Shown in pieces: positions 60,773 through 64,000 of a stretch of DNA of 64,000 nucleotides. Made by a program: the position numbers and the translations under genes. The stretch's first letter is position 1. Each line of letters opens with the position of its first letter. Where the stretch lies: contig SMSO01000037.1 of assembly GCA_004764695.1 (NCBI GenBank), positions 2,828,747 to 2,892,746 on the forward strand. Direction: 5' to 3'. This DNA is from Schizochytrium sp. TIO01 (lineage: Eukaryota; Protista; Bigyra: Labyrinthulomycetes). The notes below the pieces were generated by a model. That model ran no database searches. It saw only the letters and a list, made by a program, of their open reading frames with translations, and had not been told where the DNA came from.

Positions 60773-63700
60773 ATGGTGGAGGCTTTGGCAAAGTGGAAGC
60801 AAACTGTGCAGACCTTGCTGAGAGTCAATGTATCGCCCAGCATGGAAGCCCTTCAGGCTCTTCAAAAGGTGCGTGAAGATGATGCGAAATTCAAATTTGC
60901 TATTAAGGAGGGCATTTTGCATGCTGTGCTTAAGCACGTGCAAAACGCTCAGAATGATAGTCTGGGGGACCTGTTCGATGCGACAGAAGCGTTTGCCATG
61001 AAGCTCTTGGACGAAGAGGTAGACTCAAAATCTGCTCCAAACGAAGCCACGCTAATGATTCAAAATAATTGTGAGTTACTTAAGACGCTTGTGGCGATCT
61101 TTGTCCATATTGTGTATGAACTCAGCACCGCAGATCATGGACAACTAGCATCCTACATCACGCTTGATCTCCTCAGATCTGCATGTTACCCTATGAATGA
61201 CCTTCTCTGCCGCGCTGGCCAACTTTTTCATAACGCGCGTGTTCATGCCGCAGAATGGCCCGCTGTCCAACAAATGATTCATCTTCTGCGTGTTGTAGGA
61301 GATGTCCCTACGCAAATCCAGCTACTGGAATTCATCTATCGTGTCTCTAATTTGGATACTGAATTCGCGCAACATGAGCTCGTGAAGCTCTTACGCGCAC
61401 AGGATATTGACCCGGCTTTACTCAATAATATCCACAACGCCAGAACCCAAGTTGAGTATATCTCAAGGCTCCATGCTTCCTTGCGAGCCCTTCATGCATC
61501 GTATGTGAAAGAAGCAGCTATTTTCCCCTGCCAAAACGTTGCACTGACTGCACCATCCCGTAAAAAACAAGGTTCTCAGCACAGGCTTGAACTTGTCGCT
61601 GTTGGAAATGACATTCACCGTCTCAGCCTGTACGTCAATACTACCAGTGTAACAGTTGGACACTCAACGGGAGAGCCAATTACTATTCTCTTCGCTGATA
61701 TTCTTCGCATCGGCTTTGTCCAGGAGAACTCTCCAAGCTTGCAGATTACCCTTCACTCTGCAGATAATCTCGTGAGATCACTACACGCATGGGATGAAAA
61801 ACCTGTAGGCTTAAATATTGTTCTCGCCGATTTCAAGGATCATCCGGTCTTACATATTCACACAGCAACATTCCATGCAGAGCGAGCTTTCTTCCTTCTT
61901 CAGACAAAGCTGAAAGCACTGGATGTAGGGATGCTCGGCACGCATACCCCTCAACGACCTACGAAGTTATCTATGTGTGCGCGTCCTATTTATGCAGGCT
62001 TTTCAAATGATGCTCAGAGTGTGTCAAGCGGACATTCGTCTCCAGCACTTCTAACTCGTGCTACTCTCGTGAAGAAGACTATTGCTCAGCTGGAGAACTA
62101 CAGCAAAGAAAAGGCACATGACATTTACACGCGCTTTTTTGACAAGTCAAACACAACAATGTGGCACCCCGGTGGTAGGAAGCGACGTTGGCAAAAGGAC
62201 GATCTGATTAGAGCGCTTTTGCTTGAAGATGAGGCTGAGGCTGAGTCTGAGTCAGAAGATGATCATAGTGAGAACGCTATCAACAGTGTGGGCAATAAGG
62301 CCAACACTTTGAAATCTAAGCACACAGCTGAGCAGACCTCTTTTGAACCGGTGCTGTCTCATACAGAGCCAGCACCCATACTACCAGAACCTATTCCATC
62401 CTCCATACCAGCAACGGACGTATCAAATCTATCTGAAGATGGTTCAAGCACAGGAAAAAGCATTCCTCCTGAACTCGAAGAGGGGAGGAAGGAAACGTCA
62501 AAGAAGGTAAGCAACCATGACGGCAAGGCGGGAAAGGGCCCGTCTCGTCGAAAGACAAGATCTAGCAAGAAGCCAGACACTTCAAGAAACAAAGTCCAAG
62601 CTTCTTCAAAAGGTGTGTCAACTCCAGTACGCGCTTTGAAGCGAGTTCCAGTTCAGTCTCCTGTTAAAGAAAATGCAAAACGTATCACTGGCAAAACTCA
62701 CCCCGGCAATTCGTCGAAACAACCTTCGAAGACACCCAAGCCAGCACCATCTTCAGGTGTAAGTCTCCTCACAACCCCTCCTACAACGCCGCAGCTTACC
62801 CCAGAAAACAATGACTTGGAAGAAGAACCCCATCCAATTCAACCTAAGAACTTGTCATTTTCAAAGAATAACAAAGCGCAGAAAGAACTCAAGGAGCAGA
62901 GTACTCCACAAGGACCAATTCAGGAACCCCAACAACAACAGCAGCAACAACAGCAGCAACAGCAGCAACGGCCCCAACAACAACAACAACAACAAACAGC
63001 TAAAACTCCTATATCCTCAACACTTCCTGACACACAAAAAAGGACAATAGCGTCTACAAATGAACAAGAAGACATTACAAACAACAGTGATTCTGCTCTA
63101 AGTAGCAGTCTTCGCTCAGGCGGTACCTACCAGCAAAGGCAAGAAAAGCAATACGATATTGTGAACTCGCAAGAGTCTACACCGTCGCATGTCATGAGCA
63201 TGCTTAAAGAACATTTCAAGACACAAGAGATATTTATGAATCGCTGCCAGGAACAATTCAAGTCAAATGATACTCAGCTTCACAGACTCGCAGACCAAGT
63301 AAAGGAAAGCAAGCTCCAAGCAACCCGGGCTCTCGAGCAACAATCTGAACTTCGCTCTACCTTTGCAAAGGAGTTGTCTTCTCAAATTCGGCAAGCATTG
63401 ACAAATCAGCGGCGAGTATCTCTACAGGATCAAGAAGAGTCTGATGATGAAAGTGCTGGTAAAGAGCTTAACGCGACGAACCCTGCGCAGGCTATTGACG
63501 AGCACGCAAATCAAGAACATGGGAATCCTGAAGCTATTACTTCGCCTCAGTGCCAGGATGGAGATGTCTTACATCCGCAAACCAATGAAGTTTTGAATGA
63601 ACAATCGAAACATTCGAGTGTATCTACCGCTGTTGATGCTAAACATACCCTCCAAGAGTTTGACCCAAGTATTTACGAGCGTCTCTCTCTAGCAAATGAA

Positions 63701-64000
63701 GTACTTTGTCGCGCCAAGCAGCAAGCACAGGCTGATATCGAAGCTGCTCAGCACCGGTTTGCTCTAGAGAGAATGAGCATTGCCCGAACTGCAAGTCGCC
63801 GTGTAGCTCGCCAGCGTCGTGCGCAACGTCGCAGTCTTCAAAAACGAGTTCGCGCAGAGCAAGCAACGCTTGATAAAATCCACAAGCTAGTATCGGCTAG
63901 GGCTCAAAGCCTTACGGAGCTTCAGGCTCAGCGGGAACATTGTATCCAAACCGTTCGGGTCAAGCTCGATGCCGCAAGCTCGATCCTTTCTGTCCAAGAA
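60773..64000 (+). CDS. Large protein, 3'-partial (1076 codons, open to the window end); putative SYCP2/Red1-like meiotic chromosome-axis protein
   Basis: Hand translation from ATG 60773 shows no stop before 64000 (absent from the ORF track because it is unterminated). Order: helical N-terminus with LRVVGDVPTQIQLLEFIYRV; AIFPC; beta-rich LSLYV…EPITI…LQITL; KLSMCARPI; S/T-P-rich disordered linker with polyQ; coiled coil from ~63660. The CDS is highly likely; the family call is less certain. Confidence 0.75.
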   Translation, partial: MVEALAKWKQTVQTLLRVNVSPSMEALQALQKVREDDAKFKFAIKEGILHAVLKHVQNAQNDSLGDLFDATEAFAMKLLDEEVDSKSAPNEATLMIQNNCELLKTLVAIFVHIVYELSTADHGQLASYITLDLLRSACYPMNDLLCRAGQLFHNARVHAAEWPAVQQMIHLLRVVGDVPTQIQLLEFIYRVSNLDTEFAQHELVKLLRAQDIDPALLNNIHNARTQVEYISRLHASLRALHASYVKEAAIFPCQNVALTAPSRKKQGSQHRLELVAVGNDIHRLSLYVNTTSVTVGHSTGEPITILFADILRIGFVQENSPSLQITLHSADNLVRSLHAWDEKPVGLNIVLADFKDHPVLHIHTATFHAERAFFLLQTKLKALDVGMLGTHTPQRPTKLSMCARPIYAGFSNDAQSVSSGHSSPALLTRATLVKKTIAQLENYSKEKAHDIYTRFFDKSNTTMWHPGGRKRRWQKDDLIRALLLEDEAEAESESEDDHSENAINSVGNKANTLKSKHTAEQTSFEPVLSHTEPAPILPEPIPSSIPATDVSNLSEDGSSTGKSIPPELEEGRKETSKKVSNHDGKAGKGPSRRKTRSSKKPDTSRNKVQASSKGVSTPVRALKRVPVQSPVKENAKRITGKTHPGNSSKQPSKTPKPAPSSGVSLLTTPPTTPQLTPENNDLEEEPHPIQPKNLSFSKNNKAQKELKEQSTPQGPIQEPQQQQQQQQQQQQQRPQQQQQQQTAKTPISSTLPDTQKRTIASTNEQEDITNNSDSALSSSLRSGGTYQQRQEKQYDIVNSQESTPSHVMSMLKEHFKTQEIFMNRCQEQFKSNDTQLHRLADQVKESKLQATRALEQQSELRSTFAKELSSQIRQALTNQRRVSLQDQEESDDESAGKELNATNPAQAIDEHANQEHGNPEAITSPQCQDGDVLHPQTNEVLNEQSKHSSVSTAVDAKHTLQEFDPSIYERLSLANEVLCRAKQQAQADIEAAQHRFALERMSIARTASRRVARQRRAQRRSLQKRVRAEQATLDKIHKLVSARAQSLTELQAQREHCIQTVRVKLDAASSILSVQE

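Overview
Eukaryotic nuclear DNA with compact, mostly intronless genes and microsatellite-rich spacers. A thraustochytrid/labyrinthulomycete origin is my inference, not proven. Left to right: (1) three tandem MFS transporter paralogs (- strand), each with a ~230-aa, 12-cysteine loop between TM11 and TM12; the middle copy carries a 1-bp homopolymer frameshift. (2) About 11 kb of repeat-rich spacer. (3) A selenoprotein S/K-family gene hidden by an in-frame UGA (…RGG-UGA-GGC-UAA), with a candidate SECIS in its 3' UTR. (4) A DUF4485/CEP112-like gene, a two-exon Hook gene and hypothetical genes. (5) An AT-richer island (38-51 kb) with eight co-oriented tRNA-Val genes (5 CAC and 3 GAC; GAC is unusual in eukaryotes), a HET/TIR-like pseudogene, and a fragmented ~1800-codon Dada-like DDE transposase fused to a Ulp1/C48 protease. 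(6) An STK16-like kinase. (7) A head-to-head pair: a small coiled-coil gene and a >1076-codon ORF missing from the ORF track, which has the layout of the meiotic axis proteins SYCP2/Red1 (ARM-like + PH-like domain, candidate HORMA closure motif, disordered linker, coiled coil). The spacer between the pair is rich in CHR/E2F-like motifs. All family assignments come from motif recognition by eye; no database searches were run.
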